NCBI GenBank assembly: GCA_034723415.1
Contig: JAYEOX010000115.1
Location: 1 to 38,336, forward strand
Origin: Fidelibacterota bacterium
GTDB lineage: Bacteria > Fidelibacterota > Fidelibacteria > Fidelibacterales > Fidelibacteraceae
Length of the DNA stretch: 38,336 nt
Direction of reading: 5' to 3'
In this document: in pieces, positions 10,415 to 20,290 of the stretch
Layout of the letters: each line of letters starts with the position of its first letter
How positions within the stretch are numbered: position 1 is the first letter of the stretch
The notes under the pieces: generated by a model
The model's input: only the letters and a program-made list of their open reading frames with translations
Database searches by the model: none
Told to the model about the DNA's origin: nothing
Translations under genes and position numbers: made by a program

Positions 10415-10524
10415 AAATCTCCTTTTTTATTAAAATTATATTTTACAAATTTTAAGCTGATGAATTTTACTGTTATTATAAATAATATCCAAAAATCTTT
10501 CATTATTTTTTATAAATGTTACTC

Positions 10525-11082
10525 TCAATTTTTATCCATTTTTTTCAGTTTACTAAAATTTTCAAGAGATTTGAATATAAATTCATTGTGATATAATATT
10601 GATGCAGGATGAGATAAGGGAAATATTTTGTAATTTTCTGTAATAAATATTTTCCCGATTAATGTAGCAAATTCTTTTTTTGAAAACTCTTCTAATCCAT
10701 TTTTCTCAAATATATATTTTGTTGCATAATAGCCAAGTGGAACTAATATTTTGGGCTTAATTTCAGTAATTTCCATATCTAAATATTTAGAACATGCTTT
10801 TATCTCTTTTTGTTTTGGTCTTCGGTTTTGTGGAAGATTACATTTTATGAGATTTGTAATATAAATTTCATTTCTGGGGATTTGAGCGTGCTGTAACAAT
10901 TTATTAAGCATTTTCCCTGAGGGACCGACGAACATTTTATTTGCTTTATCTTCTAATTCTCCCGGAGCTTGAGCTATCAGCATTATATTGGAATTTATAT
11001 TTCCCTCACCGACTAAAGCATTTAAGCGAGTTTTATATAATTCACAAAGTTTGCAATTTTGAAGTTCTTTTTTTGAATACAT
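10525..11082 (-). CDS. Uracil-DNA glycosylase family 4 (Fe-S type)
   Basis: CKLC, AQAPG (GEAPG-like), FVGPSG, YITNLIKC, HPAS; start set at ATG 11082. Confidence 0.88.
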   Translation of the reverse strand: MYSKKELQNCKLCELYKTRLNALVGEGNINSNIMLIAQAPGELEDKANKMFVGPSGKMLNKLLQHAQIPRNEIYITNLIKCNLPQNRRPKQKEIKACSKYLDMEITEIKPKILVPLGYYATKYIFEKNGLEEFSKKEFATLIGKIFITENYKIFPLSHPASILYHNEFIFKSLENFSKLKKMDKN

Positions 11083-11100
11083 TCTAAAATTCAAATATCT

Positions 11101-11193
11101 TTACTGTTTCACACTCAATAAACAAGAAAATCCTCGATCAGTTATCAAACCTGGTTTACTTGCAATATTATCATAAACAATTGCTATTTTCAT
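11101..11193 (-). pseudogene. Truncated N-terminal fragment of an MBL-fold hydrolase
   Basis: Translates MKIAIVYDNIASKPGLITDRGFSCLLSVKQ*, matching the N-terminus of ORF 23517..24155 (MKITIVYDN...DWGFSC); starts 1 bp after the sirtuin stop. Confidence 0.75.
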
Positions 11194-11194
11194 T

Positions 11195-11929
11195 TTACTT
11201 TTTCTCCAAAGATTTCATTAATTTTGCCATTACTTCTGTTGCTTTTCCTTTCAAAAAAATATCTGTTATTGAATTTGTATAATTGCTTTCGTATGTATTA
11301 ATCTCAATAATTTTCGCACCATTTCTTTTTGCTTCAAATGGAATCATAGATGCAGGCATAATTTCACCAGTTGTTCCAATCAAAATAAAGACATCAGCCT
11401 TTTCTGTTTCTGCAAAAGAATTTGTTCTTGCCAGTTCGGGAATTGGTTCACCAAAAAAGACAAAATCTGGTTTAAGAACAATTCCGCACTTTTCACATTT
11501 CGGAGGTAAATTAGATAGATCAATGCTTTTTGCAGAATAGATTCTATTACAGTTTGTGCAAATTAAATTTCGAGATGTTCCGTGAAATTCATAAACTTCT
11601 TTACTTCCTGCTTTTTGATGTAAATTATCAATGTTTTGAGTAATTACAGAATTTAGATATCCCATACTTTCCATCTTTGCCAAAGCAAAATGAGCTTTAT
11701 TCGGTTTTGCTTTTCCAAAAAAATCATAAAAGATCTCTTTTATCAATTTCCAAGATTCTAAAGAATTTTGATGGAAATAATTAATATCCAAAAATATCGG
11801 ATTGAATTTACTCCACAACCCATCTTTACCTCGAAATGGCGGAATACCGCTTTCTACTGAAACTCCAGCTCCTGTAAAAGCAGTAACATGTTTAGCATTA
11901 TTTATTAATTGTATTGCTTTTTCTATCAT
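11195..11929 (-). CDS. cobB: NAD-dependent protein deacylase (sirtuin)
   Basis: TGAGVSVESGIPPFRG, ITQNIDNLH, EFHG, CxxC..CxxC, KPDFVFFGE. Confidence 0.93.
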   Translation of the reverse strand: MIEKAIQLINNAKHVTAFTGAGVSVESGIPPFRGKDGLWSKFNPIFLDINYFHQNSLESWKLIKEIFYDFFGKAKPNKAHFALAKMESMGYLNSVITQNIDNLHQKAGSKEVYEFHGTSRNLICTNCNRIYSAKSIDLSNLPPKCEKCGIVLKPDFVFFGEPIPELARTNSFAETEKADVFILIGTTGEIMPASMIPFEAKRNGAKIIEINTYESNYTNSITDIFLKGKATEVMAKLMKSLEKK

Positions 11930-12340
11930 TTAGAATTCCTTGAAAACTCTTGCTAATGACTCGCCGGGAGCTTGAATATCTAGATCTAAAAAATAACCGA
12001 ACGGTGTTTGTGAAACATTGTAATCAGAATTTTTTAATCTTGTTTCAGCACGGTCAAATAAGTTCTTTGTTATTTTTTCATCTGCTTTACTCATAGATAA
12101 ATGAGCAAAAGAGTGTAGAACAATATTGGTTGTTTCATTTTTCTTTGCTGCCCATTTTAGGTTTTTTATCATCTTGGTTTCTGTTTTAGCAATATTTTCT
12201 TCATCTTTTTCTTCTACTTGAATAAATCCAATAAGTGCATTTTCTATCTGTTTCTCTTCATTGTATTTTTCAACGGCTTCCAAATTTTTAATGTTAGTTC
12301 TGTAACCAAATTTATCAGAATAAATCATCAGTAATTTCAT
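11930..12340 (-). CDS. Stand-alone archaeal-type threonyl-tRNA synthetase editing domain protein
   Basis: MKLLMIY start (GAGG RBS), 'LHSFAHLS', 'TPFGYF', C-terminal 'LARVFKEF'. Confidence 0.8.
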   Translation of the reverse strand: MKLLMIYSDKFGYRTNIKNLEAVEKYNEEKQIENALIGFIQVEEKDEENIAKTETKMIKNLKWAAKKNETTNIVLHSFAHLSMSKADEKITKNLFDRAETRLKNSDYNVSQTPFGYFLDLDIQAPGESLARVFKEF

Positions 12341-12370
12341 TGTTTTCCTCACTTAATATGATTAACATTT

Positions 12371-14233
12371 TCAATTAATACTCATCGCTAATTCATAACC
12401 TTCGTTTATTGCACTTTGTGCATCTCCTGTTTTTTTGGCATCTCCAATTTTATAAATTGGAATTTTGCCTTTCAATTTTTCTTCGAGAGGATTATAACTC
12501 TTCATACCGGTGGAAACAACGATTAAATCAATATTTTCAAAAGTTATTTGTTCTCCGTTCTTTTCTGCATAGACAGTTGCTCCATCTATTTTTTTAATAT
12601 TTGTATGATCGCTGAAAACAGTCTGATTTTTTTTCATAATTGCCAGTGAGAGCTTTTTGGAGATCATTTCCATATTTTCACCAAAATCTGTTGTTCGTTT
12701 CACGATAGTTACTTTGTTGTTTTTGGGAATTAAGGCGGTTGCAATGTCAACTCCGATCAAGCCACCACCAATAATTAGAACATTTTTATTTTCTGGTAGA
12801 TTTTCTTCCAAGAGAATTTCTGCCCAGTAAAATTTATCTAAACCTTCAATTTTTGGAACAGCAGGTTGTGAACCGGTTGCCAAAACAGCAGAATCATATT
12901 TTAAAATATCTTCAAGTTTTTTGATTTCTTTAAATATCACATTTACATTAGATGTTTCCAATTCATTTTCAAAATAGCGAATCAGTTTCTCCATTGATTT
13001 TTTATGAGGAGTTAGGGGAGCGTATATAAATTGTCCGCCCAAATTTTCTTTTTCATAAAGATCAACTTGATGTCCTTGCTTTGCTAACATAAGTGCTGCT
13101 TCCATTCCGGCAAGTCCTGCTCCGACTACGGCAATTTTCTGCGGTTTTTTTGTTTTTACGGGCAGAACATCAGTTTCTTTTCCTACTTCCGGATTCACTA
13201 AGCATTGCAAGCCCTTACCTGCTTTTATTCCACCCAAACAGCCTTCCGCACAAGCAAGACAAGGAACAATATTTCCGGTAATTTCTCCGAGATATTTTCC
13301 GACAAATTCAGGATCTGTAACAAGTGCTCTCCCAACTGCAAGATAATCAGCCATATTGTTTTTTTTGATTTTCTGAATATCTTTAGTTTCGTTTATTTGT
13401 CCAACTGCAATAATAGGAATATCAACTTTTTCTTTGATTGCTTTTGCAAATTCCCAAGTTTTTCCTTTGGGAACAAACATATGTTGAAAATACCAAGGTG
13501 GTGTGGAACAAACTGTTCCTGCAGAAATATGAATGGCAGAAATTCCATTTTCTTTGAGAATTTCTGAAAATTTAATCATCTCTGGAAGTTTTATTCCTTT
13601 TTCAATCATTTCATCACCGCTAATACGGGCAATTACTGGAATTTTCACTGCTTCTTTGACAGCTTCTAATGTTTCGAGTGGAAATTTTATTCTATTTTCA
13701 AAACTTCCACCATATTCATCAGATCTATCATTTACTTGCGGTGAAAGAAATTGAGCCATTAAATAGCCGTGGCCAAATTGTAACTCTATAATATCAAAAT
13801 TTGCCTTTTCCGCTCTTAAAGCTGCATCAACAAACAATTTTATGACATCGTTCATTTCGCTATTTTCCAATTTTTTTGGAGTTGCACCGCCCGCTTCACA
13901 AGCACGATCGGTGGAAGAAATGAAATAATTTCCCGGAATTTTTGGATTTGCCATTCTGCCCGGATGATTCAAATGAGCTATTGCTTTTGTATTATCAGAA
14001 TGTAAAAGTTCTGTTAATTTTTTTAGTCCGGCAATTTTATCATCAGTATCTATTCCCAATTGAGTTGGAATCTCTCTTAATCCCTTATCAATATAAAGTG
14101 GTTCTGGAGTTACTGCTCCCAAAAACTTGCTTCTTTTTTCATAAAAAGTAAGATGCTTATCATTAATTTCTCCGTTTTTAGTATAACCAAGTTTTATCGG
14201 TGCAAAGATAAATTCATTTTTTAGATTTAACAT
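12371..14233 (-). CDS. NADH:flavin oxidoreductase (OYE TIM barrel + Fe-S + FAD/NAD domains; 2,4-dienoyl-CoA reductase-like)
   Basis: GHGYLMAQFLSP..NDRSDEYGGSFENR, CLACAEGC...CLVNP, GAGLAG and GGGLIG. Confidence 0.9.
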   Translation of the reverse strand: MLNLKNEFIFAPIKLGYTKNGEINDKHLTFYEKRSKFLGAVTPEPLYIDKGLREIPTQLGIDTDDKIAGLKKLTELLHSDNTKAIAHLNHPGRMANPKIPGNYFISSTDRACEAGGATPKKLENSEMNDVIKLFVDAALRAEKANFDIIELQFGHGYLMAQFLSPQVNDRSDEYGGSFENRIKFPLETLEAVKEAVKIPVIARISGDEMIEKGIKLPEMIKFSEILKENGISAIHISAGTVCSTPPWYFQHMFVPKGKTWEFAKAIKEKVDIPIIAVGQINETKDIQKIKKNNMADYLAVGRALVTDPEFVGKYLGEITGNIVPCLACAEGCLGGIKAGKGLQCLVNPEVGKETDVLPVKTKKPQKIAVVGAGLAGMEAALMLAKQGHQVDLYEKENLGGQFIYAPLTPHKKSMEKLIRYFENELETSNVNVIFKEIKKLEDILKYDSAVLATGSQPAVPKIEGLDKFYWAEILLEENLPENKNVLIIGGGLIGVDIATALIPKNNKVTIVKRTTDFGENMEMISKKLSLAIMKKNQTVFSDHTNIKKIDGATVYAEKNGEQITFENIDLIVVSTGMKSYNPLEEKLKGKIPIYKIGDAKKTGDAQSAINEGYELAMSIN

Positions 14234-14244
14234 GTTTCCTCCAA

Positions 14245-14511
14245 TTATATTTTTAATTTAATTTTATTTTCATATTCCGGAAAGAAATTATTTATAATTT
14301 TCAAATCAAATTTTGATAAAATTGATTCTTTGGATTCTCTTTTAAGTAAAAATTCAAAAGATCTTTTAATTAGATTTTCTTTTGAAATTTTTTCATCAGC
14401 AAACTCTCTATAATATTCATCGTCTAAAGTAACTAAATGTTCAGAACTGCTGTTTTCTTCCTTTATTGTTACTATATATTTTTGTTCATTGATTTTTTTT
14501 ACTTCAATCAT
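14245..14511 (-). CDS. Conserved hypothetical protein
   Basis: 88 aa, translationally coupled to the upstream gene; 'SFEFLLKRESKESIL' motif. Confidence 0.7.
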   Translation of the reverse strand: MIEVKKINEQKYIVTIKEENSSSEHLVTLDDEYYREFADEKISKENLIKRSFEFLLKRESKESILSKFDLKIINNFFPEYENKIKLKI

Positions 14512-14864
14512 TTTGATTCCTTTTCATAATTTATAAGTAAATTTTTTAATACTTCTCTAATTTTACCATTTCTGAAAAAAAGTTTTACACCTTTTTCTTC
14601 TAATCTTTTGATTCCTTTTTTACCAATTTTATTTGAAATAATAGTGTTGCAATCGCTGATAATCTCATAAACATCAAGAGTTTTCAAATGTTGCAAAGTT
14701 TTTTCAAAAGGATTTTTTCTTTTTTCCAGAAATCTGATCTGTTTGTTTTTAGCTTCATAAATATAAAATTCTTTTGCCATACCTAACATTTTTGGGAAAA
14801 TATTCCCTCCATCGTTTGTAGGAATAGCGATTCTTATTTCATTTGGTAATTTTAAATTTTTCAT
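14508..14864 (-). CDS. NifB/NifX (dinitrogenase FeMo-cofactor binding) family protein, divergent
   Basis: RIAIPTNDG...LGMAKEFYIYE...IISNKIG pattern. Confidence 0.7.
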   Translation of the reverse strand: MKNLKLPNEIRIAIPTNDGGNIFPKMLGMAKEFYIYEAKNKQIRFLEKRKNPFEKTLQHLKTLDVYEIISDCNTIISNKIGKKGIKRLEEKGVKLFFRNGKIREVLKNLLINYEKESK

Positions 14865-15508
14865 TTTTTTGCCTTTAATAGGCGAATATATTTTCCTAAA
14901 AATAGTTTCTTTTCAAAATTTTTAAATCCATATTCCGATAAAATTTTCTCCCAATCTCGTTTAGTATATTCAAAAGCATATTTACATTCAATTGCTTTAA
15001 AAGGAATTCTGAAATAGAATGGTGTTTTTTCCGTATCAAAATGTCCAAAGTCGAGTATAACAAATTCGCCATCATTTTTTAAATTATTAAAAGCATTTTT
15101 GATAATATTTTTTTGAATTTCAAATGGGAATCCATGAAATACAAATGAGATAAATATTTTATCATATTTTTTCTCAAGTTGAAATGGTTGGTCAATTCGT
15201 TTATTTATTGCATTTATATTTGGATGATTCTCTGTCTTTTTTTTGAATTGACTTATCATCAAATCGGAAATTTCCAAACCGAGAATTTCACCTTTGTCAG
15301 AAAGTTGTTTATCCATTAAAAGTGCATTTCTACCAGTGCCGGCTCCAAAGTCCAAAATATTATCATCTGGATTTAATTTTACTGATTTGATAGCATTTTT
15401 AATGAATATACTGTATCCACCAAATGTCATAATATTCATAACTTTGTCATAGAATTTTGCTGTAAATCCTTGTAATTCTACACCTGAGTCCGGATAAAAT
15501 TTTGTCAT
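14861..15508 (-). CDS. Class I SAM-dependent methyltransferase (UbiE-like)
   Basis: ILDFGAGTG motif I, GLEIS, SFVFHG; start set at ATG 15508. Confidence 0.88.
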   Translation of the reverse strand: MTKFYPDSGVELQGFTAKFYDKVMNIMTFGGYSIFIKNAIKSVKLNPDDNILDFGAGTGRNALLMDKQLSDKGEILGLEISDLMISQFKKKTENHPNINAINKRIDQPFQLEKKYDKIFISFVFHGFPFEIQKNIIKNAFNNLKNDGEFVILDFGHFDTEKTPFYFRIPFKAIECKYAFEYTKRDWEKILSEYGFKNFEKKLFLGKYIRLLKAKK

Positions 15509-15516
15509 AATTTTAC

Positions 15517-16743
15517 CTATTCGCATTTTAAATTTTTTATAAAAATAGAACTTGAAGCAATAATCAATAGCACTAAAATAAAAGTGAAATAATAACCTAA
15601 AATGGTTATTAAAATACCGGTGATGAGCGGGAAAATAGTTGGTAAAATACTTCCTGCCCCGGAAATTCCAGTGTAAGTTGCTCTGTTTTCATTATTGGAT
15701 ATTTCAACCAATATTCCATTTTTGGCAATTTTAAAAGAGGATAGAAGAACACCTGCCAGAATAAATATTAATTGATACATAAAATAATTACTGCTAAAAA
15801 TTAAACTAAAAATTGGAATAGAAATACCAATGGCAAAACTAAAATACAACAGTTTTTTATAATCTATTTTTCGAGATATTTTATATAAAATTAAACTTGT
15901 TACCAGCATTCCTATTATCTTAAAGAGGAGTATATTCCCAATTAGACCATAATTTAATTCAAAATTTTTCTTAGCAAATAACACCATAAATGGGATAAAA
16001 CTTAAACCAAGTCCTAATAAATTTATTATAAATAAGTAATTTTTCAGATTACTATTTTCTGAAATTTCTCTTGGAATTATTTTAATATATTCCCAAAATT
16101 TTCTTTTATTTTTTATTTTTATTACAATTTCATTGATTTTCCAAAATCCTATGCTGGCAATTAATAAAAGTATTCCGGCACATAGAAGTGATATTCCATA
16201 ATTTACAGGATATGAAAATCTTTTTAATAATGCTCTAACAATAATAGCCGATGCGAAAATTCCAATACTGCTAATTGTTTGCTTCAATGAGAAAAAATGT
16301 TTTCGCTTTTTATCAATTATAGATTTACCGACTATATCAATATAAGAAATATTCGCAAATGAGCCACTGAAAGAAAAAATAGAAATAAGAATAAAAATGA
16401 ATAAAATGATTGCATTGTTACTAAAGAATTCAGATTGAAGCAGTATAAATGCTAAAAATAGAAGGGCAATAACTCGTAAATTAATTCCTAAAATAAGCGG
16501 AGCTTTTTTATTTGTTTTATTTGACAAATATCCTGCAAAAACAATTTGCATTAAACTAGATCCACCGACCATTATGGTAGTAAGAATTCCTAATAAAATT
16601 GCATTTCCCCCGGCTTTTATTAGCATGGAAGGAATTATCGTATGAATATCCATAAAGTTTGTAGCAAGTGATAAAAAAATCCCATGCCAAATAAAGGCGT
16701 AATAATTGTTTTTTGAATTTTCTTTTGTTAGGATCGAGTCCAT
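15517..16743 (-). CDS. MFS transporter
   Basis: About 12 hydrophobic segments in two halves, 408 aa. Confidence 0.85.
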   Translation of the reverse strand: MDSILTKENSKNNYYAFIWHGIFLSLATNFMDIHTIIPSMLIKAGGNAILLGILTTIMVGGSSLMQIVFAGYLSNKTNKKAPLILGINLRVIALLFLAFILLQSEFFSNNAIILFIFILISIFSFSGSFANISYIDIVGKSIIDKKRKHFFSLKQTISSIGIFASAIIVRALLKRFSYPVNYGISLLCAGILLLIASIGFWKINEIVIKIKNKRKFWEYIKIIPREISENSNLKNYLFIINLLGLGLSFIPFMVLFAKKNFELNYGLIGNILLFKIIGMLVTSLILYKISRKIDYKKLLYFSFAIGISIPIFSLIFSSNYFMYQLIFILAGVLLSSFKIAKNGILVEISNNENRATYTGISGAGSILPTIFPLITGILITILGYYFTFILVLLIIASSSIFIKNLKCE

Positions 16744-16778
16744 TTTTATTAGTTTCCAATAATTTAATTAACTATTTA

Positions 16779-17069
16779 CTACATTCCTTCCCAGGCACTT
16801 TTTTCCATAGCAAGAAATTTTTGTATTTCTTCCTGAGTCATTACAACTTTTTCAATATCAGTTTCATAATTCAGTTCACTTAGTGGTTGGCTAATACTTT
16901 GTATCAGCATATCAATTATTGGAATATTTAAAGCTGGTAAAGCCATAATAATTTTTACGACATTTCCATTTATTTTATATGATTTGATAATCCCGAGATC
17001 ATATAGTGTGTGGTTTATTGCAGGATGTTTAACTTTTTTAATAATTTCTTTTGCTTTTTTTTTCGTTAT
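16779..17069 (-). CDS. DUF59/MIP18-like (Fe-S cluster assembly) protein lacking a canonical start codon
   Basis: Open frame ITKKKAKEIIKKVKHPAINHTLYDLGII...KFLAMEKSAWEGM* filling the pepC-MFS gap; 'V.HP.I...L.DLGII' is the DUF59 N-terminal signature; AAGGA RBS upstream; absent from the ORF track. Confidence 0.7.
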   Translation of the reverse strand: MTKKKAKEIIKKVKHPAINHTLYDLGIIKSYKINGNVVKIIMALPALNIPIIDMLIQSISQPLSELNYETDIEKVVMTQEEIQKFLAMEKSAWEGM

Positions 17070-17089
17070 TTATTTTATTTTCCTTTTTT

Positions 17090-18430
17090 TTATAATGCGA
17101 GTGATCCCATTGGGTCCCAAGGTTTCAAAACTATTGGTTCCGTTTCCCAAGCTTTTTTCAATTCGTCAGAAAGATATTTTTTGTTAATTACAACTTGATA
17201 TGTATATTCTTCAAACCATCTATCGCTCATAACGAAATAACCTTTTTTGCCATTTTTTTCACCCCAACTGTTTTCAACTTTCCATCTGTTTGGAATATCA
17301 TTTATTAAATTTACACCAGTGAAAACCATTGCGTGAGTCATCAAACTTTCGCCATAATCAAGTCGTCCCGCTTTATCCAAATCAAATTTGGAATTCAAAG
17401 CATCTTCATACGAATATATATTTTCATCAAGAATTCCTTTTTCTCTTTGCATTTTTTTACCAACATCGCTACCAAACCAAACAGGTGTTCCATCTTTTAA
17501 TTGGCTGAGTGCAAGCTTTTTGAATTCTTTCATATCAACATTGAGATATTTAACTTTGTTTCCGCCTTCAACATTCCCAAGATATTGCACTGTAAATGTT
17601 TTATTAAACGGTTTATCTTTTGTTGGTGCGTTAATGATACTTACAAAATCTTTCAGATCAATATCTACATATTTAGTATAAAATTCTTTTGGTGTAATAT
17701 CAGAATCGCGATGGAATTTTTTGTCTTTATCTTTATATTCAAATGTAAATTCCTTTGGGGGAATTCCAAGAAACATAGTTAGCAAGCGATAAAATTCTGT
17801 TACCATCTCTTTTTTATCATCTTTTAATTGCTCAATTGTTCTTCCGTTTTTAAAATCTTTTCTTAATTTTGAAGCATATTCACGAAGTTTCAGAGTAAGA
17901 ATATGATTCATTCTTGCGGAATTACTACTTGCGTAAGTTTCCGGCATTGTCTCTTTTGGAACAACTCCATATTTTTCTACAATGCTTGTGAACATATCCC
18001 ATTGTCCACCGTCATTAAGTGGAGCATTTAAAAGCCACATTATAATTCTCGAATCGGTTTTTTCCTCAATCGTTTCAAGAATATTTTCCAAAAAGTAATT
18101 TGCTTTTTCAATTTTATCAAAGAACATTTGATATGTTTGTGAGAGTTCAAAATTTTTCAAATTCAAATCTTCCATTATTTTAAATCTCATAGTATTTAAT
18201 CCTGCAAAAAGCCAACATCTCCCACTTTTATTTTGGGATGTTATTTTACCGGTTTTTAATTCCAAAGAAAAAGAGTGCTGCATATCTGTTTTTGAGTTGT
18301 GATCCAAAGCCGTTTCATCTAATCCAACATTCAAAATGCTATTTCTAATAACTTTATCACTTTTATTCTTTGAAGCTTTTAATTCCATTTCCTTGTAAAT
18401 ATTTTCGTTGATTTTTGTTCGTTTTGACAT
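17090..18430 (-). CDS. pepC: Aminopeptidase C / bleomycin hydrolase (C1B peptidase)
   Basis: QNKSGRCWLFA, DGGQWDM, THAMV, WKVENSWG, C-terminal PWDPMGSLA. Confidence 0.95.
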   Translation of the reverse strand: MSKRTKINENIYKEMELKASKNKSDKVIRNSILNVGLDETALDHNSKTDMQHSFSLELKTGKITSQNKSGRCWLFAGLNTMRFKIMEDLNLKNFELSQTYQMFFDKIEKANYFLENILETIEEKTDSRIIMWLLNAPLNDGGQWDMFTSIVEKYGVVPKETMPETYASSNSARMNHILTLKLREYASKLRKDFKNGRTIEQLKDDKKEMVTEFYRLLTMFLGIPPKEFTFEYKDKDKKFHRDSDITPKEFYTKYVDIDLKDFVSIINAPTKDKPFNKTFTVQYLGNVEGGNKVKYLNVDMKEFKKLALSQLKDGTPVWFGSDVGKKMQREKGILDENIYSYEDALNSKFDLDKAGRLDYGESLMTHAMVFTGVNLINDIPNRWKVENSWGEKNGKKGYFVMSDRWFEEYTYQVVINKKYLSDELKKAWETEPIVLKPWDPMGSLAL

Positions 18431-18444
18431 TTTATCTCCTTTTT

Positions 18445-18984
18445 TTATTTATAACTTTTTTCACCGGCTTTAATTTCTACTTTTAAAATGTTTTCGAACG
18501 GGATCAATGGGCAGACATAATTTGGACTATACGCACACCAAGGGTTAGTTGCCAAATTGAAATCCAGAATCCATTTATTCCCAATTTTATCTCTTTCTTC
18601 ATAAAGATCCAAATATCTGCCTGCGCCGTAGGTTTCTTTTCCGCTGGTTGCATCTTTGAATGGAATAAATAGTCGAGTTTCTGGTGCTTCGGATTTGTAT
18701 GCAAATAATACACATTTTTGATCATTTATTGTAAAAGTAAATTTTCCCCACTTAAGAAAATCTCTCAAATTTCCGCCGGTATCTTCAATTTTAACTTTTT
18801 CTTTTTGCCCAAATTCCTCTAACTCCAATTTAAATCGATAATCAATATTAGGTTCAAAATAGTTTAATTTTGTGAAATTTGCTCTCTCTTTTTGTGGAAT
18901 CGGTGATTGATCGTGTTCTTTGAAAAATTCATCTTTTCCAATTCTGTTTTTTATAATTTCTGTTTTGTAATTTTTCATATTCAT
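18445..18984 (-). CDS. DUF1684 domain protein
   Basis: FIPFKDATSGKETYGAGRYL, DFNLATNPWCAY...CP. Confidence 0.9.
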   Translation of the reverse strand: MNMKNYKTEIIKNRIGKDEFFKEHDQSPIPQKERANFTKLNYFEPNIDYRFKLELEEFGQKEKVKIEDTGGNLRDFLKWGKFTFTINDQKCVLFAYKSEAPETRLFIPFKDATSGKETYGAGRYLDLYEERDKIGNKWILDFNLATNPWCAYSPNYVCPLIPFENILKVEIKAGEKSYK

Positions 18985-19004
18985 ATTTCCTCCATGAAAA
19001 TTTA

Positions 19005-19646
19005 TTATATTAATTTAGATTTTTTTGCTTTAATAACAACGAAACTACCTTTTCCGTATCCTTCTATAGTTTCTTGGATAGTTTTAACTTCATCTAATTT
19101 CCCAAAAATTGTTTGATAAGTTTCTACAATTTCAAATCCTGTTTTTTGTAATATTTTATAAACTTCTTTAGTTCCAAAAAAAATTGCATCGCGATAGAAT
19201 AAACTCTCATTCTTATGTTTTAAATAGTTTTTCCCAAGTGGACTGTTTTTATCTACAAATCCAATTATAAGATTTCCATTATTTTTAAGAACACGATTTG
19301 CTTCTTGAAAGGATTTATAAATGTCATCTACAAAACAGATAGTTGTAACCATTAATGCAAAATCCTTGCTTTTATCGGGATATGGTAAATTTTCAGCAAC
19401 TGCGTTAATAACTTTAAGATCTCTTTGTTTAGCTTTTTCTCTCATTTTTGAAGAAGGTTCAATTCCTTCCTTTATACTAAATGGTTGGGCAAACAAACCA
19501 CTTCCAATTCCGATTTCAAAGCCATTTTTATTTTTTGGAATGACTTTTTCTACAGCTTTTAATTCGGATTGATACACAAATTTATTGGATACAAACCAAT
19601 CTTCATATTCCTGTAAATTTTCATCAAATGGTTTTGTTTTTGCCAA
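19005..19646 (-). CDS. Class I SAM-dependent methyltransferase
   Basis: EIGIGSG, GIEPS, AENLPY, VTTICFVDD; TTG start with AAGGAG RBS. Confidence 0.88.
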   Translation of the reverse strand: MAKTKPFDENLQEYEDWFVSNKFVYQSELKAVEKVIPKNKNGFEIGIGSGLFAQPFSIKEGIEPSSKMREKAKQRDLKVINAVAENLPYPDKSKDFALMVTTICFVDDIYKSFQEANRVLKNNGNLIIGFVDKNSPLGKNYLKHKNESLFYRDAIFFGTKEVYKILQKTGFEIVETYQTIFGKLDEVKTIQETIEGYGKGSFVVIKAKKSKLI

Positions 19647-19670
19647 AAATTCTCCTTAATTACAGATTAT

Positions 19671-20243
19671 TTATTTATCACTTTTCATAAAATTAATAGT
19701 ACATCCATTTTCTAAATGCTCGTCATGACTTAATTCGCCACAGATTTTTTTACTATATTTAAAATCAATATTTTCAATTTCATTAATAAGTTCTTGTAAA
19801 GTTACATTCTGTAATTCCATTAAAGGGAAATTGCCAATAATATGTTTTGGGTGAATAGAGAGAGTCGCATCTTTTTTTAAAATTCTAAATATTTCTTTAT
19901 ATAGAATTTTTCTTTGTTTAGAATTCAAATAATGCAAGACATCATAAAGCATAGCAAAGTCAATTGAGTTATCAGCAAAATCAAGTTTAAGTTTACCGTT
20001 TGTATTGATTATTTCAATATTATCAAATTCTAAAAATTTGGATTTTTTCTTTAATTCATTAAGAGCGGATTTATTTTCATCAATAGCAAAAACAATTCCA
20101 TTTCTCCCAACAACATTTGAAGCCGGAATAGTATAATTTCCATCATTAGCACCAAAATCAAGAACTTTGAATCCTTTTTTTATTCCAACTTTTTTTAAAA
20201 AATTAACTCCTTTTTTATTTTCCCAATTTGATAATTTTTTCAT
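19671..20243 (-). CDS. Class I SAM-dependent methyltransferase
   Basis: VLDFGANDG, VFAID, YDVLH. Confidence 0.82.
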   Translation of the reverse strand: MKKLSNWENKKGVNFLKKVGIKKGFKVLDFGANDGNYTIPASNVVGRNGIVFAIDENKSALNELKKKSKFLEFDNIEIINTNGKLKLDFADNSIDFAMLYDVLHYLNSKQRKILYKEIFRILKKDATLSIHPKHIIGNFPLMELQNVTLQELINEIENIDFKYSKKICGELSHDEHLENGCTINFMKSDK

Positions 20244-20290
20244 ATTTCCTTTAATAAATTTTTTATTAAATTCTGTTAAATATTAATATT

